Notes under the pieces: model-generated
What the model saw: the letters and a program-made list of their open reading frames with translations, nothing else
What the model was told of the DNA's origin: nothing
Database searches by the model: none
Part shown: positions 6,436-15,831 of the stretch, one piece after another
How the letters are laid out: each line of letters opens with the position of its first letter
Numbering within the stretch: the stretch's first letter is position 1
IMG/VR virus record: IMGVR_UViG_3300029318_000083
Coordinates: 1-26,729 of that record
Strand: one strand, 5' to 3'
DNA from: a virus
Lineage: Duplodnaviria > Caudoviricetes
DNA: 26,729 bases
Translations under genes and position numbers: made by a program

Positions 6436-7578
6436 ATGCCGCATCTTAATTTTTCTAAGTCGTCTGAAATTAAAAGGACGGCTAGGGTCGCACAACTGGA
6501 GGGACTTTTTGACATTGTTCCATCCCCAAAGTCCACAGTTTCCTATGACATCGATGTACCTATCGAAACATTCGATTGGAACATTGGCGTTATTGTCGGC
6601 CCTAGTGGCTGTGGTAAGACGACTATTGCCAGGGAACTATTTGGCGACAAAATTGACCAAGACTTCAACTGGGCAGGCGATAAAAGTATCGTAGATTCTT
6701 TCCCAAAGTCGATGGCTATCAAAGACATCACGGCTTTGCTGTCATCTGTTGGCTTTAGCTCGCCTCCGAACTGGTTGAGACCGTATCATGTTTTGTCGAA
6801 TGGCGAACAATTTAGAGTCGGAATCGCTAGAGGTTTAGCCGAGTCGCCTGACCTGTTTGTCGTTGACGAGTTTACGTCAGTCGTGGACCGGACTGTTGCG
6901 CAGATCGGTAGTGCCGCTATCGCCAAAGCAGTTCGCAAACGCGGTCAAAAGTTTGTAGCAGTCGCCTGTCATTATGACATTCTCGACTGGTTGCAACCCG
7001 ACTGGGTGTTTGATCCTTCTACCTCCCGCTTTGCGCGGGACTGTCTTCAACGACCCCAAATCACTCTCACGGTTCAACCCGTATCAGGCAAGCAATACTG
7101 GCCGATCTTCAGTAAGTTTCACTATCTGAACCGAGGCATCCATAATGGCGCGAAATGTTTTTGCGCTTTCTATCAGGGCCGGCCTGTCGCATTTACCGCA
7201 GTTCTTACGATGCCATGCCCGCAAGGGACCCGCTGGAAAGAACACCGCACCGTTTGTCACCCTGATTTTCAAGGTGTAGGCATCGGCAATGCCATGTCCA
7301 ACTTCATCGCCTCTTGTTTCCATGGAACTCGTGGTCGATACTATTTGTCGGTCACGGCCAATCCGGCAATGGTTGCTTACCGTGCTAAGTCGCCACTTTG
7401 GAATATGACCCGAAAGCCGACAAACAATTGTGACCAACGCGCAAGACGGGCTACAAAAGCCAAGACGGCAGCAATGACTCAATGGCGACAAGCACTAGGC
7501 ACAGACCGAATTACGGCAAGTTTCCGCTATTGTGGACCTAGGAACCCTGCAGGAGCCGCAGCACTAGGGATTAAGTAA
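6436..7578 (+). CDS. ABC-type ATPase fused to a GNAT acetyltransferase (putative DNA-modification enzyme)
   Basis: Walker A GPSGCGKT, signature LSNGE, Walker B VVDEF, H-loop ACH; GNAT motif A RTVCHPDFQGVGIG; no transmembrane segment. Confidence 0.85.
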   Translation: MPHLNFSKSSEIKRTARVAQLEGLFDIVPSPKSTVSYDIDVPIETFDWNIGVIVGPSGCGKTTIARELFGDKIDQDFNWAGDKSIVDSFPKSMAIKDITALLSSVGFSSPPNWLRPYHVLSNGEQFRVGIARGLAESPDLFVVDEFTSVVDRTVAQIGSAAIAKAVRKRGQKFVAVACHYDILDWLQPDWVFDPSTSRFARDCLQRPQITLTVQPVSGKQYWPIFSKFHYLNRGIHNGAKCFCAFYQGRPVAFTAVLTMPCPQGTRWKEHRTVCHPDFQGVGIGNAMSNFIASCFHGTRGRYYLSVTANPAMVAYRAKSPLWNMTRKPTNNCDQRARRATKAKTAAMTQWRQALGTDRITASFRYCGPRNPAGAAALGIK

Positions 7579-7928
7579 TGCCACGTCCTCGGAAAGATGG
7601 AAAACCAGTTTCTCGACGTGCATCTGCGGCAGAAAAACTATATCGTTACAATCGTTTATTTAATCTAATAAGAAACGGTGGCACAACTGCGGATTGTATT
7701 CGCTTTGCTACACAACAATGGGGAATTAGTGAAGAAACTGCGAAGAAATATATGCCGCATGTGAAGGAGATGATTATGAAAGATTTTGAGGTCGATCGTG
7801 CACAATTTGTTGCCGAACTTATGCAGCAAGCCGCCAGTATTCAGATGGAAGCGCGTCGCACTAATCAGCTAAATATCGCATTAGGCGCTGTGAACACACT
7901 TGCCAGGCTCGGCCAAGTTGATAAATAG
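7578..7928 (+). CDS. Probable terminase small subunit
   Basis: HTH-like TTADCIRFATQQWGISEETAKKY; coupled directly upstream of the large subunit. Confidence 0.65.
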   Translation: MPRPRKDGKPVSRRASAAEKLYRYNRLFNLIRNGGTTADCIRFATQQWGISEETAKKYMPHVKEMIMKDFEVDRAQFVAELMQQAASIQMEARRTNQLNIALGAVNTLARLGQVDK

Positions 7929-9271
7929 TGTCGATTCTGTCAGATAGGGTTGGGTGCGTTTTAGACCGCCTCGATAGTGGTGGAAAGCGGGTTCATGCTG
8001 CGACGTTGCTCGACAACATAAAAGCCGAGTTGCATCCAGGTCAGCTGGACTTTGTTAATGACAACAGCACAGAAATTCTCGGCCTAAGTGCAGGCTATGG
8101 ATCGGGTAAAACTTTTGCAATGTGCGCGAAAGCTGTGATCTTGGCGCTTGCAAATCAGGGATTTATTGGCTGTGTGATGGAGCCAACTGGTCCACTTGTA
8201 CGCGATATTTGGTTGAATGATTTTGACGACTTTCTAGATCGTCATGGCATTCCACATAGTTTTAGATCATCGCCACTGCCAGAATATGTTTTGCATTTGC
8301 CAGGTGGAGATACAAAAATAATTTGCCGTAGTTTCGAGAGCTGGAGCCGCATTGTGGGCTTGAACCTCGCCTGGGTCTTGTGCGATGAGATTGATACTGT
8401 CGCGCCAAGCATTGCCAATAAAGCATTTCCCAAGATCTTGGGCCGTCTACGTTCTGGCAATCAGCGGCAATTTGCAGCGTCATCAACGCCTGAGGGCTTC
8501 AGGTGGATGTGGCAGACATTTGGCACGGAAGAGGCGCAACAGCGAGATGATCGCAAGCTGATCAAGATGCGCACTACCGACAATCCACATCTGCCAATGG
8601 ATTTTATCGACAGAATGCGCAGTAACTATGATCCGAAGACTTTACAGGCATATCTGAACGGAGAATTTACGAACCTCACAATGGGGCAAGTTTATGACAG
8701 ATTTAGCCGAGAAAAGCATGTGTGCAAAGCCGTCTCAGCAGCAACTGAGCCGATTCACTGTGGGTTGGACTTTAACGTCAACAATATGTCTGCAGTGATC
8801 GCCGTAAGACTTGATAATAAGCTTGTGGTGATCGATGAAGTCTCAGGTTCAAAAGACACCGACGCACTAGCCCAAGAGATCCAGCGAAGATATGATGGCC
8901 GCAAAACATATATCTATCCTGATGCCTCTGGTGGCAACCGCAGCACAAATGCGTCGCGCACAGACATCCAGATCCTTGAATCCTATGGATTCAGCAATCA
9001 ATCCCCTCGTGCTAATCCTCCAGTACGTGATCGGGTGGCTTCTGTTCAAGCTGTGTTGGAGAATGGGAAAGGAGAAGTGCGGCTTCAAGTGCAGGAAAAC
9101 TGCAAGCGGCTGATTGAGTGCCTGGAACTACAAAGTTACAAAGACAATGGCGACCCAGATAAGGATGCCGGCTATGATCACATGAATGATGCGCTGGGTT
9201 ATTTAATCTGGCGACAATTTAATCCACTTCATGCTCGTGCTGGCCGTGGCACTGGCATTAGGATTTATTGA
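7928..9271 (+). CDS. terL: Terminase large subunit
   Basis: Walker A GYGSGKT, Walker B VLCDE, nuclease motifs GLDFN and HMNDALGY. Confidence 0.95.
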   Translation: MSILSDRVGCVLDRLDSGGKRVHAATLLDNIKAELHPGQLDFVNDNSTEILGLSAGYGSGKTFAMCAKAVILALANQGFIGCVMEPTGPLVRDIWLNDFDDFLDRHGIPHSFRSSPLPEYVLHLPGGDTKIICRSFESWSRIVGLNLAWVLCDEIDTVAPSIANKAFPKILGRLRSGNQRQFAASSTPEGFRWMWQTFGTEEAQQRDDRKLIKMRTTDNPHLPMDFIDRMRSNYDPKTLQAYLNGEFTNLTMGQVYDRFSREKHVCKAVSAATEPIHCGLDFNVNNMSAVIAVRLDNKLVVIDEVSGSKDTDALAQEIQRRYDGRKTYIYPDASGGNRSTNASRTDIQILESYGFSNQSPRANPPVRDRVASVQAVLENGKGEVRLQVQENCKRLIECLELQSYKDNGDPDKDAGYDHMNDALGYLIWRQFNPLHARAGRGTGIRIY

Positions 9272-9302
9272 TTAAACTATAAGCACTGGGCGCGATAGCA
9301 CT

Positions 9303-10706
9303 GTGTATTCTGGCTTTCAGCATTATGATCGGCAGCATCACAAGACTGTCGCCAAAGTTCAAGACGAAAATAGCGCGTGGCATAACATGCAGCCACATTG
9401 GGTCCTGATTGAGGATCTAATTGGTGGAACTTATGAAATCAGGCGAAGACATCGACGCTATTTGCCACAAGAATTGCGCGAACTAGATGAGTCATATGAT
9501 CGTCGGCTGGCTACATCTATTTGTCCACCTTACTATCAACGGCTAGAGCGCATGTTAGCGGGCATGTTGACTCGCAAGCCTGTTCGACTAAATGACACTT
9601 CTGATCAAATTCGCGAGCAACTTTTCAATGTTGACTTGCAAGACGATCTAAATGTATGGACTTATGAGACTGCACGTCAAGCCATCCGCTATGGTCACGT
9701 TGGCGTCTTAGTTGATGCACCGACTGATGGCAAAGGCCGACCCTATTGGGTACGCTACACTCCTCGCCAGATACTAGGCTGGAGACATGAGATCCAAGAC
9801 GGACAGCAGGTTCTAACGCAATTACGGCTGCAGGAAACAGTAACAGTTGAAGACGGTGAATTTGGGGAGAAACAGGAGCAACAGGTCCGGGTACTTACAC
9901 CAGGCGAGTACAAGGTCTATCGGCGCACCGAGAAAAACAGCGACTTTGTTGTTGTGGATGAGGGTCGCACATCTCTCAATAAAATTCCATTTAGCGTCGC
10001 TTATAGTAACCGCATCAATTATCTTGAGTCTCGGCCGCCACTAGAAGATATTGCAATGTTGAACCTGAAGGCTTATCAGGTTCAGTCCGACTTGGACAAT
10101 CAATTGCATATCAGTGCGGTGCCAATGCTGGCATTCTTCGGGTTCCCTTCTGCTGCTGAGGAAGTTTCCGCAGGACCGGGTGAGGCGATTGCATTTCCTG
10201 CTGATGGTAGGGCCGAGTATATTGCTCCACCATCTGACGCATTTGCGTCTCAATTTGAGCGACTTAAGCAGATCGAGACGCAGATCAATGAGCTAGGTCT
10301 GTCGGCTGTGTTGGGTCAAAAGCTCAGTGCAGAGACGGCTGAGGCAAAGAGGATTGATCGCAGTCAGGGAGATAGCACCATGATGGTGATCGCCCAGAAC
10401 ATGCAGGACATGATCGACAATTGTCTGCAGTTCCATGCTCAGTACCTTGGCGACAATCAGCCTGGCAGTGCTTATGTAAACCGCGACTTCCTTGGCAGCA
10501 GACTTGAGCCGCAAGAAATTCAGTCTCTGCTTCAGCTTTATACGGCTGGAACTATCACGCAAGAAACGCTGCTGATGAACCTAAGCGAGGGCGAAGTGCT
10601 GGGCGATGATTTTGACGTGGATCAAGAACTTGATGCGACCCAAAATGGCGGGTTGCTGGAAAGTGAAGAGAGCACTCTAGTGGAGGAACCCCGACTTAAC
10701 ACCTGA
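9303..10706 (+). CDS. Portal protein (DUF4055-like)
   Basis: Follows terL; YLPQ..RE....Y.RRL, YGHVGVLVD.P and ETAEAKRID motifs. Confidence 0.9.
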   Translation: MYSGFQHYDRQHHKTVAKVQDENSAWHNMQPHWVLIEDLIGGTYEIRRRHRRYLPQELRELDESYDRRLATSICPPYYQRLERMLAGMLTRKPVRLNDTSDQIREQLFNVDLQDDLNVWTYETARQAIRYGHVGVLVDAPTDGKGRPYWVRYTPRQILGWRHEIQDGQQVLTQLRLQETVTVEDGEFGEKQEQQVRVLTPGEYKVYRRTEKNSDFVVVDEGRTSLNKIPFSVAYSNRINYLESRPPLEDIAMLNLKAYQVQSDLDNQLHISAVPMLAFFGFPSAAEEVSAGPGEAIAFPADGRAEYIAPPSDAFASQFERLKQIETQINELGLSAVLGQKLSAETAEAKRIDRSQGDSTMMVIAQNMQDMIDNCLQFHAQYLGDNQPGSAYVNRDFLGSRLEPQEIQSLLQLYTAGTITQETLLMNLSEGEVLGDDFDVDQELDATQNGGLLESEESTLVEEPRLNT

Positions 10707-10745
10707 TATGTTCTGCGGCAGAATAGATGCAGTCAGGCTTTCGCC

Positions 10746-11000
10746 ATGGATCATGAGATTGAGTCTCGGACGTTGCAGTACATTCAACGCAAACTCCCAG
10801 AAAACACTTTTGCCATTGTTCGCATGACTTGGTTCTACGACGGCGAAGTGGACAATGTAGAAGAGGTGCGGATCATTGATGAGGGCCAGGATACAATTGA
10901 CGGCTTCATTGACGCGATGAAAGCTGCAGTTGAGGCTGGCGCTGATGTTTCCATCATTTCACCATATGACCCCGAGGATATTGGCTTAGAAGAACAATGA
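10746..11000 (+). CDS. Hypothetical acidic protein
   Basis: ATG ORF with ATGA overlap to the next gene. Confidence 0.6.
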   Translation: MDHEIESRTLQYIQRKLPENTFAIVRMTWFYDGEVDNVEEVRIIDEGQDTIDGFIDAMKAAVEAGADVSIISPYDPEDIGLEEQ

Positions 11001-12289
11001 CTGTCCCTGCCGAGCTTTACAGAAACGCGATCGATCTCAATCGGTTTAGTAATGGTGTTGCTCGGCGCATTATTAACGTTTACAACGATATTATCATTCG
11101 CGCTGTAAATGAGCTGAGGATCATTGATGACCTTGGGTTGGATGATGATGGTCAGCTCTTTCGCGCCGCAAGACTAAGAAGCATTCTCGCACAACTTAAG
11201 GTATCGCTTGATGGTTGGGCCGGTGACGCAACACAGTTCACAGTCTCACAACTGCAAGGTGTAGCCGAGCTTCAAAGTGAGTTTGTGACACAGCAACTGC
11301 GCAATGTCTTGCCAAGAGGCGAGCGGTCCCTTGTCAATACTGTTGAGGTGTCGGGTGACTTTGCTCAATCTGTTGTACTAACCGACCCTACAGACGTAAA
11401 TGTTGTCGCATTGAGCGATGACCTTTACAAGGCGGTTTATGGTGTGCCTGATCCTGGTGTTCAGGGCATTGTGGGTCGAGCAACATTCAACCTGACAGCG
11501 ACTCAAGGCACAACAATTACGCTGCCCAACGGCAAAACAGTCGCAAAAGCTTTTCGTGGCTTGGCAGAAAGTCAGGCTGCATTGTTCGGCCAGATTGTCA
11601 GGCAGGGTCTCTTGTCAGGCCAGACACTTCCACAGATCACACGCCGGCTCAAAGGGCGCTTGAAGTTTGGCGACTATGCGCCATTGTCAGTTGGTCAGGT
11701 CAGAGCGGCTGGCTTGTCAATGAAACAGTTACAGCAGGCCGGTGGTGAGTTGACGGCAGTGGCAAACCATCAAGTCATGACTCTTGTCCGAACAAGCGTA
11801 AATCAGGTGACTAACACGGCTGCCATGAATGTGTATGAGGCGAACAATGACATCACAAAGAAGTATGAATACATCGCCACGTTGGATGCAAGAACAACCG
11901 CTATTTGCATGGCGCTTGACGGCCAACAGTTTGAGTATGGGAAGGGACCTGAGCCACCACAGCACTTCAATTGCCGATCTACTATTGCCGCTGTAGTTGA
12001 CTATGACAATCTGCCATTCTCGGCTCCAGATGATGAGGGTGAGCGAGCTGCCATAGGCGGCATGGTGCCAGCTGACATGAAGTATGGTGATTGGATCGCA
12101 CAACCTGAGAATGTTTCCATCAGAGTCAAAGCTTTAGGCAAAGGCAGAGCCGATTATTTTGACAAGCTACGACGCCAACCAGGCATGAACCCGCAAAAAG
12201 CACTGCAAAAACTCGTGCGTGATGATGGAAGTGAAGTTACCCTCGAAGAGCTAAGAAACAGGTACGGCCCAATCAATGCAAACAACTAA
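10997..12289 (+). CDS. Minor head protein (Mu gpF / SPP1 gp7 family)
   Basis: ATLDARTTAIC..LDG...PPQHFNCRS motif. Confidence 0.9.
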   Translation: MTVPAELYRNAIDLNRFSNGVARRIINVYNDIIIRAVNELRIIDDLGLDDDGQLFRAARLRSILAQLKVSLDGWAGDATQFTVSQLQGVAELQSEFVTQQLRNVLPRGERSLVNTVEVSGDFAQSVVLTDPTDVNVVALSDDLYKAVYGVPDPGVQGIVGRATFNLTATQGTTITLPNGKTVAKAFRGLAESQAALFGQIVRQGLLSGQTLPQITRRLKGRLKFGDYAPLSVGQVRAAGLSMKQLQQAGGELTAVANHQVMTLVRTSVNQVTNTAAMNVYEANNDITKKYEYIATLDARTTAICMALDGQQFEYGKGPEPPQHFNCRSTIAAVVDYDNLPFSAPDDEGERAAIGGMVPADMKYGDWIAQPENVSIRVKALGKGRADYFDKLRRQPGMNPQKALQKLVRDDGSEVTLEELRNRYGPINANN

Positions 12290-12569
12290 GTTTGTCACTC
12301 GGACTCTGTGGATTGAAAGGAGCCGTCGGCGTGAAGGTCCCAAAGTTGTATATACCGTCTACGCCAAAAACTCATCGCGATGCTTCACAGATCACAAAGC
12401 GATCTTAAAACATGTGAAGTGGCCCAAAGGCACGCCAACTGGCGACGCACTGCGTGAATGGTTGCAATCATTTGAGCCAAACGAGCCTGAGGACCAAACT
12501 AAGTCAACTAAGTCGACTAAGCCCACTTCAGAAGATGACCCAACCGCTAACACAAAGATGATAACTTAG
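12276..12569 (+). CDS. Hypothetical protein
   Basis: Overlaps the gpF stop; 9-bp tandem repeat ACTAAG(T/C)C(A/G/C) x3 at 12498-12524. Confidence 0.6.
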   Translation: MQTTKFVTRTLWIERSRRREGPKVVYTVYAKNSSRCFTDHKAILKHVKWPKGTPTGDALREWLQSFEPNEPEDQTKSTKSTKPTSEDDPTANTKMIT

Positions 12570-12592
12570 AATGAATTATTCGCATTGGAAAA

Positions 12593-12676
12593 ATGCCTCA
12601 AGGTCCTGGAACTTACGGCTCAAAAATGGGCCGGCCACCTAAGAAGAAAAAGATGAAAAAGGGTGGCAAGAAATGA
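12593..12676 (+). CDS. 27-aa highly basic peptide (not in ORF track)
   Basis: MPQGPGTYGSKMGRPPKKKKMKKGGKK; ATGA overlap with the next gene. Confidence 0.7.
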   Translation: MPQGPGTYGSKMGRPPKKKKMKKGGKK

Positions 12677-12915
12677 AGACTAAGCCAGGCAAAGGAACAC
12701 GAGTTAGTTGGCTGTATCGCGGTGTAAGAACTTATGGCGTGGTTACAGGTTCTGCGGGAAAGAGAGGCAGCATCAAGGGTCCCTCGGGTGGCACTGTCAG
12801 TCGGGTCGGCACTAAAGATGATCCTGTCATCCGTATCAAATCAGATAGCACGGGCAACCCAGTCCTCAAGAAGCAATCTGAGCTGAGCAAAGCCGGCAAA
12901 AGGAGCAAGAAGTAA
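12673..12915 (+). CDS. DUF2945 / Hva1-TUDOR-like basic protein
   Basis: G.RVSW...G.V...R.GT.DDP...IKSD.TG..V.K..S.L pattern. Confidence 0.7.
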   Translation: MKTKPGKGTRVSWLYRGVRTYGVVTGSAGKRGSIKGPSGGTVSRVGTKDDPVIRIKSDSTGNPVLKKQSELSKAGKRSKK

Positions 12916-13034
12916 TGCCGAAATCAAAATACTCGGCCAAACAACGCAAGATGGCAGCGTTGGCTCCACCACGTGACAAAATTACTGCCGCTGACCTTAA
13001 AAAGTTGCGCGACAAAAAAAGGAAGAAAAAGTGA
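12915..13034 (+). CDS. 39-aa basic peptide (not in ORF track)
   Basis: MPKSKYSAKQRKMAALAPPRDKITAADLKKLRDKKRKKK; TAATG and GTGA coupling. Confidence 0.7.
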   Translation: MPKSKYSAKQRKMAALAPPRDKITAADLKKLRDKKRKKK

Positions 13035-13216
13035 CTGATGACTGCTGGGAACTTACTGTCACTGCGGACGCTGTACGGCTTCTGCATCGGTCAGTAAGTT
13101 TCTATTATGAGAAATGGCCCGGCGGACCTGACCCAGAAGAACAGGAGAATCTAAGGGAACTTAAGTCGATCTTGTCAGCAATGATGCTGGAAACTTTATA
13201 CGATCAGCAGTCATGA
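13031..13216 (+). CDS. Hypothetical protein
   Basis: GTG start; coupled on both sides. Confidence 0.65.
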   Translation: MTDDCWELTVTADAVRLLHRSVSFYYEKWPGGPDPEEQENLRELKSILSAMMLETLYDQQS

Positions 13217-13497
13217 GCAAAAAAGATCCACGATTAGAAAAGCATGGGCTGAGAGGATTCAATAAACCCAAGCGCACACCAAGTCACCCAACCAAGTCGC
13301 ACGTAGTTCTTGCCAAGGAAGGTGACAAGGTAAAGCTGATTCGGTTTGGTCAGCAAGGTGAGAAAGGCAGTCCAGCCAAGAAAGGAGAATCAGAAGCTAG
13401 CCGCAACAGACGCAAATCATTCAAGGCTCGACATGCAAAGAACATTGCACGTGGAAAGATGAGTGGAGCCTGGTGGGCAAATAGAGTCAAGTGGTGA
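13213..13497 (+). CDS. Conserved basic phage protein
   Basis: KSHVVLAK.G..VKLIRFGQQG...RRKSFKARH...W pattern; ATGA coupling. Confidence 0.75.
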   Translation: MSKKDPRLEKHGLRGFNKPKRTPSHPTKSHVVLAKEGDKVKLIRFGQQGEKGSPAKKGESEASRNRRKSFKARHAKNIARGKMSGAWWANRVKW

Positions 13498-13625
13498 TGG
13501 ACAAGCAGCATAAGAAATTGGCGAAGTGTTTGCAGAAGGCCGAAGACTGTTTATCACGAGAAAAGGCACAAAAGATCATTCAGAAAGCCGAGAAGATACA
13601 TCAGAAGATCGGCAATCAGCAGTAG
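13497..13625 (+). CDS. 42-aa basic helical peptide (not in ORF track)
   Basis: MDKQHKKLAKCLQKAEDCLSREKAQKIIQKAEKIHQKIGNQQ; TGATG coupling. Confidence 0.6.
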   Translation: MDKQHKKLAKCLQKAEDCLSREKAQKIIQKAEKIHQKIGNQQ

Positions 13626-13658
13626 GCGGATAATATGGCTTGTTAAATCCGCTTACAT

Positions 13659-14333
13659 ATGTCAGAAGAGCAAACCACTCCTGTGGAGCAAGGTGCCGAC
13701 AATTCTGCACTTATTGCAGAACTAGAAGCAATGCGGCGCAAGAATGCTGAGCTGTTGGATGAGTACAAGCGAGCCAAACAGCAGGCAAAGGCCGTTCCAG
13801 AAGGTGTGGATATTCAGGAGCTGATTGAGTTCAAGCAAAAAGCCGAACAATCACAGCTTGAATCGCAAGGTAAATACACAGAAGCACGGCAGGCACTTGA
13901 GCAACAATTCAGAGATGCCACGGCTGAGAAAGATCAACGCATTGCCGAGTTAGAGGCACGAGTCAAAGAACTAGAACTAATCACGCCTGCAATCAGTGCG
14001 TTGGCCGATGTTGTTCATGACCCTGACATGGTTCTAAAAACCAAGCTGTCACCTGATCGCATTGAGCGTGAGCAAGACGGCACTGTAGTTGTTGTTGATG
14101 GCTATGAGCGCCGACCTGTAAATGAGTGGGCGAAGAATAGTCTTCCTGACTGGATGCAAAAATCGCCACGTCCTACTGGAGGTGGAGCACCATCATCGCG
14201 TACAAGTACAGAGACTCCATCTGGTATGAAGAATCCATTTGCACGTGAAAGTTACAACCTGACAGAACAATCACGACTGTTCAGAACTGATCGCGACCTC
14301 TACGAAAGATTTAAGTCTGCGGCTAATAGTTAA
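13659..14333 (+). CDS. Capsid scaffolding protein
   Basis: Coiled coil, GGGAP linker, C-terminal KNPF...NLTEQ..L; directly upstream of the capsid gene. Confidence 0.85.
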   Translation: MSEEQTTPVEQGADNSALIAELEAMRRKNAELLDEYKRAKQQAKAVPEGVDIQELIEFKQKAEQSQLESQGKYTEARQALEQQFRDATAEKDQRIAELEARVKELELITPAISALADVVHDPDMVLKTKLSPDRIEREQDGTVVVVDGYERRPVNEWAKNSLPDWMQKSPRPTGGGAPSSRTSTETPSGMKNPFARESYNLTEQSRLFRTDRDLYERFKSAANS

Positions 14334-14404
14334 TATATAACTACGGCAAGGCTGTGCTGCGCTGACGCCTCTGTGGGGCATAAGTAAATTTCTCTGACTG
14401 TATC

Positions 14405-15454
14405 ATGGCGACTCTTCGCTCTGATATTATCGTCCCCGAGGTATTTACTCCGTATGTTATTGAGCAAACTACCCAGCGCGATGCCTTTTTGTCATCGGGT
14501 GTTGTTCAGCCTCTTGCGGAGCTGAATGCTACAGAGGGCGGCGATTTTATCAAAATCCCTTTCTATAAAGCTAATCTGACTGGCGACTTTGAGGTGCTGA
14601 CTGACAGCTCTTCACTGACTCCTGGCAAGATTACTGCCGACAACCAGATTGGAGTTATGCTCCACCGTGGACGCGCCTTTGAAAGCCGCGACCTTGCTGC
14701 TCTGGCTGCCGGTTCTGATCCCATGGCTGCTATCGGCCAAAAGGTTGCTGATTATGTTGCTAATCAACGCCAAAAGGATCTGCTTTCTTGCTTGGCCGGC
14801 GTGTTTGGAAGCCTGGGCACTACTAGCTCTTCTGCTGCTTTCTTCCCGCTGACCATTGATGGTGAGTCTGGCGATTCACCCACCATGCTTTCTCCCCGCC
14901 ACATTGCTGAGGCTAAGTCTCTGCTGGGCGACCAAGGTGAGAAGCTGACCGCCGTTTGTATGCACAGCTCGGTTTTCTACAGCCTGGTTGAGCGTCGCGC
15001 AATTGATTATGTGACCAACACTGAGGCTCGCCTTGACACCGCAGCCACTGGCGCATCCACCATCAATGCTTTCGGTGGTTCTATTGCACGTGCCTATGAA
15101 GATGCGAACACTTTCGCAACTTACATGGGTCTGCGCGTGATTGTCTCCGACGATGTGCAAACTGCCGGCTCTGGTAGCAGCACTGAGTACGCAACCTACT
15201 TCTTTACTCAAGGTGCAGTCGCCTCTGGCGAACAACTGGCCCTGCGTACTGAAACTGATCGCGATGTGCTCGCTAAGTCGGATGCAATGGCTCTTGACCT
15301 CCACTATTGCTACCACCCTGTTGGTGCTAAGTGGGCTGTCACCACTGTGAACCCGACCCGCTCTCAGCTTGAGACTGTGGGCAACTGGTCGAAAGTGTAC
15401 GAGACTAAAAACCTCGGCATTGTTCGCGCCACTGTTACTTCCAACCTGGATTGA
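14405..15454 (+). CDS. Major capsid protein
   Basis: T.RSDIIVPEVF.PY, G.DPM.AIG, Y.GLRVIV.D and ETDRD.L motifs; 349 aa. Confidence 0.92.
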   Translation: MATLRSDIIVPEVFTPYVIEQTTQRDAFLSSGVVQPLAELNATEGGDFIKIPFYKANLTGDFEVLTDSSSLTPGKITADNQIGVMLHRGRAFESRDLAALAAGSDPMAAIGQKVADYVANQRQKDLLSCLAGVFGSLGTTSSSAAFFPLTIDGESGDSPTMLSPRHIAEAKSLLGDQGEKLTAVCMHSSVFYSLVERRAIDYVTNTEARLDTAATGASTINAFGGSIARAYEDANTFATYMGLRVIVSDDVQTAGSGSSTEYATYFFTQGAVASGEQLALRTETDRDVLAKSDAMALDLHYCYHPVGAKWAVTTVNPTRSQLETVGNWSKVYETKNLGIVRATVTSNLD

Positions 15455-15465
15455 GGTAACTAATC

Positions 15466-15831
15466 ATGGCATCTATCTTTGAGGCAACAGCGGGCAAACT
15501 AATCGGCCCCACCACTGGCGGTACTGTCACTCAGGCCACCAGCAAGTCAACCGGCGTGACGCTTAATGCTGCATCCGGTCAAATCACAATGGATGATGCG
15601 GCACTTGCTGCTGCAGCCGAAGTTTCTTTCACTGTTACCAACAGTGAAGTCGCTTCTACCGACGTTGTGATTGTCAACCATGGTTCTGCTGGCACGGCTG
15701 GCAGTTACTTGGTTCAGGCAAACAGCATTGCTGACGGATCCTTTGCGATCACTGTCGCCAATGTTTCCGCAGGTTCTTTGGGCGAGGCAATCGTCCTGAA
15801 CTATGTGGCTCTGAAGGGCGCTAGTTCCTAA
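15466..15831 (+). CDS. Probable capsid decoration / minor virion protein
   Basis: A/T/S/G-rich beta protein directly after the capsid gene; GAGG upstream. Confidence 0.6.
   Translation: MASIFEATAGKLIGPTTGGTVTQATSKSTGVTLNAASGQITMDDAALAAAAEVSFTVTNSEVASTDVVIVNHGSAGTAGSYLVQANSIADGSFAITVANVSAGSLGEAIVLNYVALKGASS

Noticed and set aside
6436-7060. ABC transporter
   Set aside because: No membrane or substrate-binding subunit; the ATPase is fused to a GNAT domain inside the packaging operon.
12498-12524. 9-bp tandem repeat (TKS TKS TKP), and the 18-bp duplication at 2725-2760
   Set aside because: In-frame low-complexity duplications with no sign of further function.
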